Numbered from the stretch's first letter, positions 1 to 60,869 are shown. The stretch is 64,000 bases of DNA from Schmidtea polychroa (GCA_044892525.1 CM097885.1:39868001-39932000), one strand, 5' to 3'. Made by a program: numbers and translations. Notes: a model not told the origin generated them from the sequence alone.

Positions 1-420
1 ATTTGTAAAATATTTAACACTGCAAATGAATTGAAACTCGCCAGATAAATATAAATTATGATAATTAAAAATCAAAATAACTTAATTCTTAGGCTTTGAC
101 CCTCGGACATATGAAATGGTTATCTTATATAAATAACCAACAGTAGCTATTCTAATTGCCTTAAGAACTTAAAACATGAATTTTGAACAGAAATAATTAA
201 TCTGATGTAAATTGTGTAATAAGAAAAAGTATTGTAATTACTATTTAATGTTATAAAAAGTCGGAAATTATAAGGAATATTTGTGTAAGTTTGATTTCAG
301 TTCCTCATTTTTCGTACTGCTGAAATATTTTTTGATTTTAGAAACATTGTTGAACATTGAATTTTGGATCTCGTAAATGAAAAGTTTTATATAATATAAT
401 ACTAATAATTATTATTAGTC

Positions 421-432
421 ATTATTATTATA

Positions 433-498
<66 letters not shown>

Positions 499-519
499 AT
501 TAATATTATTATTATTATT
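421..519. repeat. (TTA)n microsatellite
   Basis: Direct. Confidence 0.9.
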
Positions 520-2016
520 GTTTGAATTCTCCTAATTTTTTCCAGTATTTATATTTTCCATCAGATAATAAACATATTGAACAAATAATTTCAATTCAGA
601 CATCATTTGTGTGTTTTGAGGCTATAAATATTTAGCAGTAAAAATTGCTGTCAGCGATTCAAAAGAATAATAAACAACAATAAACATTTTTTAATTTTGA
701 CAATTATTCTAATTTTACTGCTAGTCTTTAATAAAATAAAAATTAATTTTAGATTTATTGATTAATGATCATAAAATTATATTTGAACTTAAAAATCATA
801 GTATTGCATAAGAGATTAGAGATAAAATTTTGTTTCCTATTTGTAAATAAATTTACTATATTAATAAGAAATCAACGTAACAAAACATATTTTTCCATTT
901 AAATATCAGTATAATATTTATTTTCATTTAACAATAAAAATAATTTATTATCAATTAAATTTTAATTTCTTATTTAACCATAAACTTCCTGGTGAGGAAT
1001 TTATATAAAGACCATAGTCTATTTTTCTTTTAAAATGGCTTTCTTACAAAAAAATCAAAATTTTTAAGTTTGTTTTTATTAATTTATGCTTTAATTTAGC
1101 TGATACTTTATAATGTATGAATATTAGAGTAAGTTTATTAAATTAGTAAACTAATAATTAGTATTTATTCGACACTCGGAAAATAAATATTTTAACATTG
1201 ACGTGCCTCCCTCAGCATTTCTTAAATCTACCACTTTCAATTCCACAATTTTTTACACCGCAAAATTATCATTGTTTATCATTTGCAAATAAATACAATA
1301 ATTTCTACAGATTTAATGTTAATTGTCAAACAATCACTTAGTTTCGAATTTAAGAAAAAATTCCACCACTGATAAAAAATTAAAAGCAGTAAATTCTTTA
1401 ATATTTTCACCATTGATCGACTATTTTCTTTTCATTTCAATAAATTTCATCAATTAGTATGTAATTAAAAATTTAATTAAATTTATTGATCTACGGTTTT
1501 ATTAAAGAGAAGATAAACAAAATAAATTTCAAAAAATAAACAAAACTAAATCACTAATAATTATAATTTTAATTTAAAGAAAAAAAATGTAAAATAACTG
1601 TCACGATAATTAAACAAAATATTCTACTCTTTTTTTTCAATTGAATTACAGTGGAAATATTTTTCGCTACAAAAAATAAAATTTTAAAATAAAATCTTAT
1701 TAACTAATTTAGATGAATTAATAAAAAGAAATATTCACATCAACTGTCTATCCAAATCGAATTAAATTAACTTAGTTTTTTCTAGTGCTTCGTGCTTTAT
1801 GAAGATTCACATTGAATAGCATCAAAAATTAAAATAAAAACATTATTAATTGATTTTTCAAAGAAAAACTTTCATTTTAAATTTTCTCTTCATTTATCAA
1901 TCGAGCATTACAAACAGATTTTTGCACTGAACTGCTTTGTTGTTGTTAAAATTTATTTTATAAAGAAACCAAACAAAAAATTTCAAAAATTATAATTTGA
2001 TTTTGATACATTTTAG

Positions 2017-49087
<47,071 letters not shown>

Positions 49088-52000
49088 ATAACGGGGATTA
49101 TTTTCTGAAGATTTGATCTCGTTTTGATGCTGAACAATCATTCCCTATTTATTTAGGAAATAATAATAAGTTATAAATATATCTATGCTCCGTTTGGTGA
49201 CGAAATTGACTGATTGTAATATGTAAATATTTTGATGTATGAATATATGATGTTCATTTGATTCGAAGTTTTCTTTAGTTTTGGTTGATTTGCATTGTGT
49301 TTTTATCTTGTCTTGTTATTGCTATCAAACTTATTGTCAAGCTAACTGAATCGATGAACAATGACAAATATTTCTTTGTCCACTAAGTTTATGATACATA
49401 TATAGTTAATGAAAATATACAAAGGTAAGTTTAATAATTTGCAAACAGTACTTACATCAATATAAAAAAATGTGGTGCTCAGTTTTAATTGCAAATTCCT
49501 TGTACAAGCAATACAGCGTAATGGGATAAAATCTAAAAAAAGAAATTTTTTTTTAAAGAAATATTTGAAAAATACATTTAGAAGCAACTCTAATCTTTTT
49601 AATAACAAGAACATTTATATCTGAGAGTAGTTTGAACTTTTCTCGTTACATAAATGGGTCACAGATATGCTTTTTCATTTTTCCTAACTTTACAATTAAT
49701 AAAAATTTTCATTCTCATTTTTTAACAGTTTCCTGCAAAAACAGAACAGTGAATCCCCAAATACTGAATATTAAAACCAATTTCTATAAATTCCATTTCC
49801 TTTAAATAATCTTCCTTCAGTGATAATTACAAAATCCCCCCCCCCTTTTATTAACATCATTTGGGTAGAAAATGTTATGTAATTGCGTGACTAATTGTTA
49901 TTATAATATAGAATGCTGTTATTACATTTCATTGAACATTTACCAAGATTGTTGTACTTAAATATCAAAGTGTCTTTTTTATCACATTTTTACATAAGTA
50001 AACAGCCGTCTAAATTATCTATATGACTGAATTATGTTTCATTCGTATTGATGAAGAACAAAATAAACCCCAACCTGCCTGACCAGTCACCAAACTAGCA
50101 TATTTTACAATAATTAAAATAATGGAAATATCATTGGATAAAAAAGGCCAAACAATTTACAAAAATTAAATATTGTCCCTTAGTGCAAAACATGTGTGGC
50201 GGAAGTTAATGTGTAAAAATGATCAGTCATAATTTGCGGTCATTATTCAATTAAATACACACTGAATTATAATTAAAAAAAATTATTATCCGTTTAAATT
50301 GTCATTTCAAACTTCCCATTTATATCAAAGGAAATTCCCAAAATTTCTGAACGATGTTCTATTCTTTTTATTTATTTCACAAAATGACATTGTAATCCGA
50401 ATTAATCTGTTGATCGAATATGCAACAGACATTTAATTATGTATTATTCAGGTGTACATCCTGGGTAGCAATGGAGGGGTATGAAAATTATTATTGCCAA
50501 TTTATTTCCACCAATATTCAATTGAGATGGATTTTAATCAATGTTCACAAGTGAAAGTACACCACGGAAAATCTCTGTAAATAATTTATTTTGTAAACGG
50601 AAATTAATAATTAATAATTTCCCAATCGAGGTAGTTAATAAATAAAGTTACATTTTTGATAAATTCCTATAAAATTACACTAATTTTCATTTTTGTAACA
50701 ATTTTCTCGTAACGTTTTGTAATTATTTCCCAATTTCAGCGGCTTACAATTAAATTAATATCTAAATATGTAAGAAATTTCAATAGAAAGAACTAGCTTA
50801 TTAATTAAAATTTTTAATGATAAAAATAATGAAAATTTTCTATTTCAAACACTATTTTTTTAAATTTGTTTTTTTTAATTAGACCGAATTCAAATTTTGC
50901 GGGAAATAAATATAAACCAATAAAAACGTCAAGCGATAAAAAGAAATATATAAATAGAAAAATTTCCAACTGTCAAAGTAAAATAGCGTATGAATTATTA
51001 GAAAATATAGAGAATTAGAAAACGAACAAGTAATCTTGATGACCTGTACAACGCACTTTCCTCCATAAACCAACTTTAACTTTTAATGAAAGAACATTTT
51101 CCATAAATGGCAACTTCTGTACTAAAATCCGATCGAGACTTGCTGAGAAGTTAGAACAAAAAAGCAATTAAATGGAATCAAATAAATGTTTAAATAATAA
51201 ATAAATCTAGTTTTAAAGTTTAATTTTTGAGTATAAACAAATTGATTAATAAATATATTTATGTACATTTTAATTAAGACCAAAAATCTCAGTTGAAAAT
51301 CTTTCAATGTAATAAATAATTCTAATTTTAACAAATTTTATTAATTTTTTTGTTACAAAAATTTGAGCAATGAGAATTATTATTGAAGTCCAGAATATTT
51401 AGCGTTTTTGATCCGGATTTAGATAGGTTTAGATCCGGACTAGACTCGTACTCGCCAAGTCCTAAAAACCCAGATCTTCAAAAACCCTAAATTCCTTGTA
51501 TTAGTAAAGTTATTGATCAATAATAATCCAGCTGATATTGGTAAATGATTTTTCAAAATATATTTCATCAGATGGTAATACAGATTCAACATCTGTATAA
51601 TTGATGAATGTCGGTACTATACATTTTGACCAGTCTTTGAATTATAATTCCATTTTACTAGAAATTGTGGTATTTCCGTGTTATCTTACCCCCAAAAATT
51701 AAATTATAAAATACAATTAAAATAACAATATAAAAAATGAGAGAATACATTATTGATGACGTTATTGAACATTATTGAACATGAATTTATTAAGGCTATC
51801 TGTGATTTATGTGATTATGTGATTATGTGAGTTTATGTTGCGAAAACGTGTTATAAGCAACAGTGCCGATGTGTTTGACACTATTCTCAACGATATTGTG
51901 GTTTTCTGGCCACCTGGATGACCATTTACAAACTCTTTACATACATTTGCTGTTTACAAACATTTGTTCGCATCATTTAATTTGAATCCTCCCTACAATG

Positions 52001-52106
52001 CAATCAAGGTTTTTGTGAGACAATTCACAAAGTTTTGAAAATTTGGAAATACAACATAAAACGTTTTGAAAGTAAACTACTCAGGAAATCCATGATTTTG
52101 TCTGAC

Positions 52107-52163
52107 TGGCGTCCATCGATGGGATAGAATCGGCTTAGTTATCTTGCACTTCTCAGTATTGAA
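52107..52163 (+). mobile_element. hAT (ZMYM1/Tip100-like) dimerization-domain fragment
   Basis: WRPSMG*NRLSYLALLSIE resembles the LRSTMxQxRLxxLALLSIE motif. Confidence 0.5.
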
Positions 52164-52529
52164 TGAAATGACAAATGAAAATGAATTGGAAAATATTTAA
52201 GGATATGGGCACTTATAGGCACTTTGACGAATTGTTTGACGTGGAGATGGATTGACTTATTGACATGTTGCATTAAATATATAAATTTTCTAATCAAAGA
52301 ATAAACAACTCAAAGATTTTTCAAGTAATAATATTTTTATTATATAAAATAAAATATGTCTTTCAGTTTTGTATTAATAGAACAACAGTAACAACTCAAT
52401 ATTAACCGAAGAAATAATTTTCTATGCAATAATATTATTTGTGCAATTATATTATTATTATTAATATTATTATTATATAATCTCGTGTTATTTTCTAGAT
52501 TATATAATATAACTTAAGTTGTTATATAA

Positions 52530-53241
52530 CAACGGTGGGCAAATGCGGCTCTTAGAGCCGCATGCGGCTCTTCGTTGAGTAAACTGCGGCTCATTGATAA
52601 TTGAATTCTTGATAATCGAATTCGATTTTATAAATCTACATTTGCATTTTTTGTGAACCCATTTATTTGTGATATTATTGAAGATGGATTTCCAATTTCT
52701 GAAGTAATACTTGTTAAAAAAGCGGTTGGGGAATTGGAGTTATTAGATATGAAAGAGGACCAGGCTTTGCAAATGCACCATAAATCTACTTCTATAGTTG
52801 AATTTTGGAAACTAGTACCAGAGGCAAAATATCCACACTTAAAACAAGCTGCTTGCCGTCTAATTTCAATTTTTGGTACAACATATTGTTGTGAATCTTT
52901 GTACTCCACAATGAAGTTCGTAAAGTCGAAATATCGTTCACAGTTGACCAATCAGCATCTTACAGAATTGCTGCGAACAGCTTTAACAAAGTATACACCA
53001 AATTTCAAAGATTTGACTAAAAGTCTTCGTTAATTCAAGAAATTTTATTACTTTTTATTAATGGATTTTTATGTTTGTTACTTAATGTTTGAAATAATTA
53101 TTTTGTTTTTTTTTTAATAGCGTTTAAGTCTCTTTAATCAAATTAATGAAATAAAAAAAATATGTACTTTACTATGGTGGCTCTGTAAAAAATAAATTTT
53201 CGGAAAATGGCTCTTATTGAACCCATGCATGCCCACCCTTG
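52530..53241 (+). mobile_element. Internally deleted Buster/SPIN-type hAT transposon (712 bp)
   Basis: TIR caacggtgggca / tgcccacccttg; perfect 8-bp TSD ttatataa; subterminal gcggctc repeats; uninterrupted C-terminal transposase ORF 52653-53033 (FWKLVPEAKYPHLKQAACRLISIFGTTYCCESLYSTMK). Confidence 0.92.
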
Positions 53242-53614
53242 TTATATAACATACATTCATACATTTACAAAGTGCTTAATGACAATAAATAAAAAAAAGG
53301 TGATAATCAAATAATGAACAAAATGAAATAATAAACTTTAATAAGTCAATTAATAAATTACAATAGTTTATTTATGGAAATAATTTCCCAAATTGGTTGG
53401 GTTATTTCTTCATATGTTTCATAACCTTATAGCAGAATTTTGATTATCCATTTTGAATCATCATATGGGGTGCTGTCCGAAATTACAAAAACCCGCTATC
53501 CGATAGTAATTTCTTACCCGACTCTTTGTCGGGACCTGACGATATTAGAACAAATACCCGATGCGGGTAATAGGTTTATTTCTTTTTAAAAAAATTAAAA
53601 AAGAATTTATTTAG

Positions 53615-53747
53615 TGTTGTGACTAGAAAAGTATTAATCACACAAAACCATTTTAACAAAATATTAATTGAATTTTGTTTAAATAATGAAGAATTGTGAT
53701 AAAATAAATATATGAATTTTGTTAAATCATTATGTCAAATCATAACA
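53615..53747 (+). repeat. 5' LTR
   Basis: tgttgtga...cataaca; 7 mismatches out of 133 versus the 3' LTR. Confidence 0.93.
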
Positions 53748-54580
53748 TTGGCGACCACACGGCAATTCAACAACAATCAAAAGATGCTATTTTGCGAGTT
53801 TCAATTAAACCATGTCCATTCTACAGAAATAATACAGCTTTATGGTTTAGACTGCTAGAATCCCAATTCAAATTGTCTAAAATATTAAATGATTCGACGA
53901 AATTTCATCACGTAATAGCTTATCTTCCAGAAGATGTCGTCGTCAATATTCCAGAAACAGTTAACGAATCTTTCAAATGCATCAAAGAAATTATTATGAA
54001 GAATTTTGCCAAGCCACTGACAAAACGTATTGAAAACGCGTATTTACAAATTCCAATGAACGAAAATGACATTCCAAAGACACCAATAACTACTCCGTTT
54101 GGTATGTGCGAATTCCTTTTTATGCCATTCGGATTACGAAATGCCCCATCGACTTTTCAAAGAACAATTGACGCAATACTGCGGAAATTTACATTCGCAA
54201 GAGCATACTTGGATGATGTAATTATTACATCAGATACAGAAGAAGAACATGACAACCATTTAAAAATAATTGCAAATGAATTAAATAAAGTTGGGCTGTC
54301 AATTAATGTAAGAAAATGCAAAATTATGCAATCTGAAATAGATTTTTTGGGCCATCACATATCTAGAACTGGAATTTGTCCTTTAGAAATTAAAATGACA
54401 ACAATTAAAAATTATAAATTGCCAGAAACAAAACAACTAAGAAGATTTTTAGGTATAATTAATTTTTATAGCCGTTTCATTTCAGAGTCTGCAAATGAAT
54501 TGGAATTATTATATAAACTCATCAATTCTATATACAAAAAGATAATTTGGACGTTGGAAATTCTAAAATGTTTTGTTTAA
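53732..54580 (+). pseudogene. Gypsy gag-RT deletion-fusion ORF (282 aa)
   Basis: Gag N-terminus (PCPFYRNNTALWFRLLESQF...KFHHVIAYLP) joined in frame to RT (AYLQIPM...MPFGLRNAPSTFQR...YLDDVII...FLGH). Confidence 0.8.
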
Positions 54581-55616
54581 GTGAAACAATTATTACAAAA
54601 GAAGACCGAACTCGCGTTATTTCATGAATCGGAACCTACCACCTTGAGAACAGATGCCTCAGGATCAGGTATTGGAGCAGTGCTGGAGCAGACTCTTAAC
54701 GAAGACAGAATCTAGATACAGTACATACGACAGAGAATTACTTGCAATATAAGCTTGCAAGCACTTCCGTCATTTTTTCGAAGCCACAAACCAATCGCCC
54801 AAGGACAACCAAAAGTCCCAAGCAACAGACAATGAAGACATCTCCAATATATTCACGAATTTCAATGCAAGATAGTTTACTGCCCTGGAAATAAAAACCA
54901 AGTTGATGATGTACTCTAGAACAGACGTTCAATTAGTTTCAGAAAATGTTTACCCGTGGCCAAATGAAGAGATACTGCAAAAGCAAAAAGAAGAAATGAA
55001 GCATAATAACGATGAATTATTAATGAAGAATGGGAAATCGTAACAGAAATCGCAACAGATCGTGGTAGGCAATTTATAAGCTCTTTATTCCAGTATATAT
55101 GCAACGTTCATGGAATAAATATAAAACAAACATGCGCTTATCATCCCCAAGCCAATGGAAAAGTAGAAAGATTCCATCTAACACTAAAATGACTTCAATA
55201 GATAAAACTAATAAAAGGTGGATTGACGTTTTACCTCAGGTACTGTTAATAATAAGGAACAGTCCCGATTCAACAGGTTACTCTCTGGCACAGAAAGCAT
55301 TTTGATGTGATCTTGCTGTACCAGGAATTATGTTTAATTCCCCAAAAGAAGCTTCTCCACATCAATTAAAAGAAATTATTGAGAGCTTCAGAATAATCGA
55401 AAGACAATTGCAAGATGGTATGACGATCCCAAAATCTATTAAGGATTGTGAATTCATGTACATAAGAAAAGATGTACGGAAATCATTAGAAGCTCCATAT
55501 ACAGGTCCGTTTCGTGTATTAGAAAAGCAGCCAAAATATTTCAAGCTATCGAATGGGGAGAATGTATCAGTTGATCGTCTAAAACCAGCATGACAATCAA
55601 ATTAGGAGGGAAGAAT

Positions 55617-55749
55617 TGTTGTGATTAGAAAAGTATTAATCACACAAAACCATTTAAAAAAAATTTTAATTTAATTTTGTTTAAATAATAAATAATTGTG
55701 ATAAAATAAATATATGAATTTTGTTAAATCATTATGTCAAATCATAACA
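55617..55749 (+). repeat. 3' LTR
   Basis: Preceded by a polypurine tract, followed by TSD tttag. Confidence 0.93.
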
Positions 55750-55928
55750 TTTAGTATTTAAAAAGTCAATAATCTCATTATAAATTATAATAAATGGCGA
55801 AATTAATACACTTGTTTCAATGAAATAACAATAAATTCAATATTTATTTTTGTATGGGTATTATCCAAGTGTTGAATTGAAAAGTTTTTTCTATCCATCC
55901 ATCATATTTTATCGAGCTTTTATTAAAA

Positions 55929-57530
55929 ATGGAAAGAACAAAACCAATTAATAAAGAAATCAATGCAACAATGATTCCAATGTCTAATTATTCAAACTCT
56001 TTTGTTATCAACAATGTTCTAGATGTCGTTATATGCAAAATGTGTTCTTCAAAACTTTCTTATAATGGAAAGAAAACAGGAACAAGCTGTCTTTTCAGAC
56101 ATTTAAAAAAGCAAACATCCGAAAGTTGCTGAAGGAAAAGAGAAGTCAAAATGTTCAATATCTTCTAATCAACCTAGCCTACTCAAATTCAATTTACAAA
56201 ATTCTTCTGAGAATACAATATCAACTATGTCTACAATTGAAAGATGCGTATTAAGTCTTTGTTCGAGTCGACACGTACTTTCATTGCAATTTTTTTAGAA
56301 TCCCGTAATTTCCAAAAATTCCAAGAGAGATTGTTAGAAGTGAAATTATTCGAATAGCTAGAGAGAAACGTGAATTTTTGTTTTCTTCAAATAGAGGACA
56401 ATGGATAACTTTAGCGTTAGATGGATGGAAAAACCCAGTTTCAAATGACAAGCATCTATCTTTAATGTTTTTCTTTTGCGATGGACCATCAAATCATTTG
56501 TTCTTTAAAAGCTTCCAAATTCATGATGCAACCGCAGATACAATTTCAAATTGTGTTTTTGAAGCAATTATTGCTATCGTTACTGATAATGTCAGACATA
56601 TGATAGCTACTACTAATAATACATTCAACTTGAATCCTACAATTCTTCCTTTACGTTGTACAGCTCATATTTTGAACTTTATTATAAAAGATTCATTTAA
56701 AGAAGTAGAACTGTTGAGAAACTCAATGAGATTTTTGCAAGAATTCATCAATAATGGAACGATATCAAGATACTGTGAAACACGTTGGAATAGTGTCTTT
56801 GATAAACTAATTGAACTTTTGAAATTAATTGAACAAAATTCAAATTATAATGAAGAATTGATTCACATAATTCAAAATGCTATCACCACGATTCAGCCAA
56901 TAATTAATGCTCAAAAAGATGATTGAAAATGGATTGAATTTTATAAAAAGTTTGATTACGCAAACTTGTGAATCTGAAAGAAATTCATTGATGTAAATTA
57001 TTGAAAAAAGAATTCCTTTAATTGCTAATCCTATTATTAAATTGATTCAATTTGTAAATGAAAAGAAACCGTTAAATGATGATTACTCAATTCTATCTAG
57101 AAGTCTCAATTCAATATATAATTCAATTTCAATAATCAATATGCAGCTGATATTAAATTCAATTCTCAGGCGAACATTCCTAAAAGATTGAAATTATCAT
57201 AAAATTCCTATATTATCTGATGAGAATTCTCAATGCTGATGTTCAAGAAGCAAATTATATTCCAAGGCGATATTAACCACGTACTAACGATTGAGTCCCA
57301 GCTCGTCGTTGATAGAATGAAGAATCTTAGAATTCTAAGGGTGAGAATCTGTCCCCTTTTTTGCTTTAATGACAATGATGTACATTAAAATAAAATTTGA
57401 TTTTTTTTTCTATAATTGAAGCAGCTGTTGAAAGATGTTTTAATGTTCATAACAATATTCATACTCCAATAAGAGCTAATCTTTCATCAAATCTTGTTGA
57501 TGATATTTTATTTTCAAGATATAATCATAA
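55929..57530 (+). pseudogene. hAT transposase pseudogene (BED finger, catalytic core, dimerization domain)
   Basis: CKMC...GTSCLFRHL (BED); ITLALDGWK, IVTDN, LRCTAHILNFIIKD, ETRWNS; EAAVERCF...IRANLS; multiple stops and frameshifts. Confidence 0.88.
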
Positions 57531-58259
57531 TTGAGTTCTTATTGAAAATGATCAAGATGAATAAAAACTGAATTTATTTGAATATTACCCGAATTCGGGT
57601 CCCGTTACCCAATAATGATTACCCGCCACCCGAATTAAATACCCGTACCCACTCGGGTAGATTCCCAGATCATCATCGATTGATATGCTTTTAAAAATAC
57701 GGTTTAAGCCACAATTTATAAAAATATTATCTTCACTAAATTCAATATTTTCAATGAACCTTTTCTAAAATGAAAAAATCATGAATCAATTATTCATCTT
57801 GATATTTGTTGCTTTGATATTGTATTTACATTGAATTAATATTACAAGATCCTTGATAAAAAAATTATTAATAATTTTTAAACAAAATAAATACAATTTT
57901 ACTTTAAAGCAATACGTAATTAGAATTTTCAAATATTCCATTGCATTTAATACCGGTTTTTTGATTGTCATTTTTATTGTGAAAAAACTTTCAATAGTCA
58001 ATATTGTCTCTTCTAATATTTTTTGTAGTATCATTATTAATTTTTTCTTTCAATGATACTAATTAAATTTAAAAAACAATAATAAAAACCAATATTTTTT
58101 GGAATTATTAATATTTATGGAATTTGTCGATGTCGTGTTAGCTAAAGATTATTATAAATTTAAAAACATAAAGTAAAAATATATTACCATTTTTTGATTT
58201 AATAGATTTTCTTGGGTTTCTGATATTGTTGATATTTAACTGGAGTCTTAACTGGAGGT

Positions 58260-59600
58260 AGTTATTTCACCAAATTGGATGTGGTTAAGTCTTACCATCA
58301 AATACCAGTTGCAGAGGTAGATATTGAAAAGACAGGAGTAATCATAACATCTTGAGAGACTTACAAGCCTTTTGCCTAGCCTGTGTGGATGATGTCCTCA
58401 TTTTCCAGCAGCTCCAAGGAACATAAACATCACGTTAAACCTCTATTAAGAAAAATCGCAGAAACTTTACTGAAAGTAAACCTGGACAAATGAGATCTTG
58501 ACAAACAGCAAATTCAATTTTTAGGTTTCTATTTATATAAAAATGTCATCAGAGCCTCGAACGAAAGAATATCTCATATTAACGATATGTCAAGATGATG
58601 TATAGGAGTTGCTGGACATTATATCAAACTTGTCTCACCCCTCTTCACGATCTAATAAAAGGAATTTTATTTTTAAAAAAACAGTCGGCGCTAATCCTAA
58701 TCAAAATAATTCAAATAATAACATGATTCCAATTACATTCTTTTCTAGAAAACTTTCTAAAATAGAAACCAAATACTCAAAATTTGATCGAGAATTACTT
58801 TCCATTTATCTAGCAACCAAAAATTTCAGGCATTATTTATTTGCTGAGTGATTCATAAGAAAAATAGATCCACAAGGAAAGAACTGCCAGCTAGATAGTG
58901 GTGAATAATCGAACATCTTACTCAGTTCACATTCTCAATAGAAAATGTGTTCAGGTGAAATAGATACCATCGAACTCTATATTTGGAGAGCTAAAGCATC
59001 TTATCGACGAACAAAACTCAGACGAATCTAGTACCAAAAAAGAAAAAAATTACCTTTGATATCAGCACAGGAACCTAGAGAATAATTATTCCAAAAATAA
59101 TCATATTCCCAAAATTTCAAAAGCTACATACTCTATGCCATCAGAGTAAAAATACCATGACAAAAATATAAGCAGAAAGAATTGTCTAACAAGGAATGAT
59201 ATTAGATGTTCGCTCATGGAACCAAGAATACCTTAAACTCATTATCTTCCGAAAGTTTTGTTGAGTCTCCGAAATATATAAAGCTCAAATAATTCCTCGT
59301 AACTAACTGAACGGGTATTTAGAAACAAACCTAAATTATTTGGTAATTTAACAACCAACGAGTATCACCGAACGAAACTTCAAAATGAAAACAAGACACA
59401 GACGAATGAAATTTAATTCAAAAAGTACTCACCAATTGTAAAAACTTCTTGGTTGCAGAAACTTTCAAACAAGAGGGTAGAACTTCCATATAATGGTTTA
59501 TTTAAAGTAATAAATTCATTAGCGGACATGAAAACATTCAAACTATTAATTAACAATGCAAACAAACTTATCAGTGCAAATCAACACAAGGCAACCATCG
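58260..59600 (+). mobile_element. Heavily decayed Ty3/Gypsy pol relic
   Basis: FTKLDVVKSYHQIPV, CVDDVLIF, IQFLGF (RT); PITFFSRKLSKIETKYSKFDRELLSIYLATKNFRHYL (RNase H); LPYNGLFKVI (GPY/F); no LTR pair found. Confidence 0.8.
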
Positions 59601-60242
59601 GAATAATTTGGAGAGTTATGTGGAATTTAAATATTGTGAAATTAATTAGTTTAATTTCATGATAAAGTAATTTTAAAAACAAAGAATAACATTTATTTTT
59701 ATATGCAAATTAATATCATAAATAAAAATTTGATAATATCTCAATCCTACGACAAGCTCAATAAATTACCACGTGAAAAATCCAATTTTAGGTCGTGGTA
59801 AACGACTAAACTGATATCTATAACTAGAGTAATTAAAAGTAATTCAACCAATAACCTAACAAGCCAAATATTAAAATACTAAAAAAGATAGTGAATTAAT
59901 TCACTTCTATTGTGCTAAGCATATCAAACTAAATGAAAAAAAATTACTAGGGAACCAAATATTGCTTTTAAAGGTAATCTTTCATATGAAAAGCTATGGA
60001 TTAATTTTTAAAAAAATACTAAAGGAACTTAATCATTTGAAAATTTTTTTATATTTAATGAAATAAAATTTTTAATAATAAATATTTTTTTGATATCATT
60101 ATTAAACCAAATATTTAAATTCGAAAATTCAAATAATATAGGCTATAACCATTTTATTTGATTATAACCTTGAAATTTGTTTAAATCGCTACAGTTATCG
60201 TAACTTAAATCAACTCAATTTGAAAATCATTTCCACAAAAAT

Positions 60243-60869
60243 ATGGTAAAATCAAATCTGATTTAATAAACTTTATAAATAATTATTTCAGCATCATTGG
60301 CAAAGTAAGACTACTAAAGATAGTACTGCAGATGATTTGGTATTACTGACTAAAATAAGCCATGACTCAATTACGGAAAATCTGAAAAAGAGATTCATGG
60401 ATGATTGTATATATGTGAGAATTGAATTCGATCTAAAATTATAATTATCAATTTTATCGTACACAGACCTATATAGGAAATGTTCTTATTGCTTTAAATC
60501 CATTCAAGAAATTATCCATATTCACTCAAAAAGAAATCGGAATGTATCAAGGAGCAGTAAGTTGAACCAGGGATATTTATTAACGTTTATTATTTATTAA
60601 AGGCAACTTATGAGAATCCTCCACATATTTACGCCATTGCGGATAACATGTTCCGAAACATGATGATCGATTATGAGAGTCAATGTGTTATTATTAGGTA
60701 AATTATTCACAGGCTTTTGTGCGCGATATCAGCAAAACTATTTTCATTGGATCAATTCTAATTGATTGATTATTTCTTCAGCGGAGAAAGCGGTGCTGGG
60801 AAAACGGTTTCAGCGAAATTTATAATGGAATATATTTCAAAGGTTTCCGGTGGAGCAGGTAGAGTAGAG
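60243..60869 (+). CDS. MYO1E: Class I myosin (MYO1E/F-like), 5' part: exons 60243-60245 (ATG only), 60292-60414, 60467-60556, 60603-60697, 60782-60869; remainder lies beyond the window
   Basis: Spliced product [56 protein letters not shown]...[25 protein letters not shown]...[30 protein letters not shown]. It has the P-loop GESGAGKT and the HWQS N-terminus typical of MYO1E/F. Confidence 0.93.

Larger units (their letters stand above)
53615..55749 (+). mobile_element. Internally deleted Ty3/Gypsy LTR retrotransposon (2135 bp)
   Basis: 133-bp LTRs TG...CA; 5-bp TSD tttag; PBS tggcgacc; PPT aggagggaagaa. Fragments of gag, RT (YLDD), RNase H (TDASGSGIGAVLEQ), integrase (TDRGRQF, YHPQANGKVERFH) and GPY/F (PYTGPFRV...VSVDRLKP). 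Confidence 0.95.
53465..57668 (+). mobile_element. Ac/ZBED-like hAT transposon (decayed), host of the LTR element
   Basis: 8-bp flanks atcatcat (53457-53464, 57669-57676); degenerate TIR; ACCCG/CGGGT subterminal clusters at both ends; transposase relic inside. Confidence 0.72.

Noticed and set aside
93..118. Micro-exon candidate (FDPRTYEM) upstream of BAZ2 exon 1
   Set aside because: Ends in phase 0, whereas the 2017 exon frame needs phase 1; no homology
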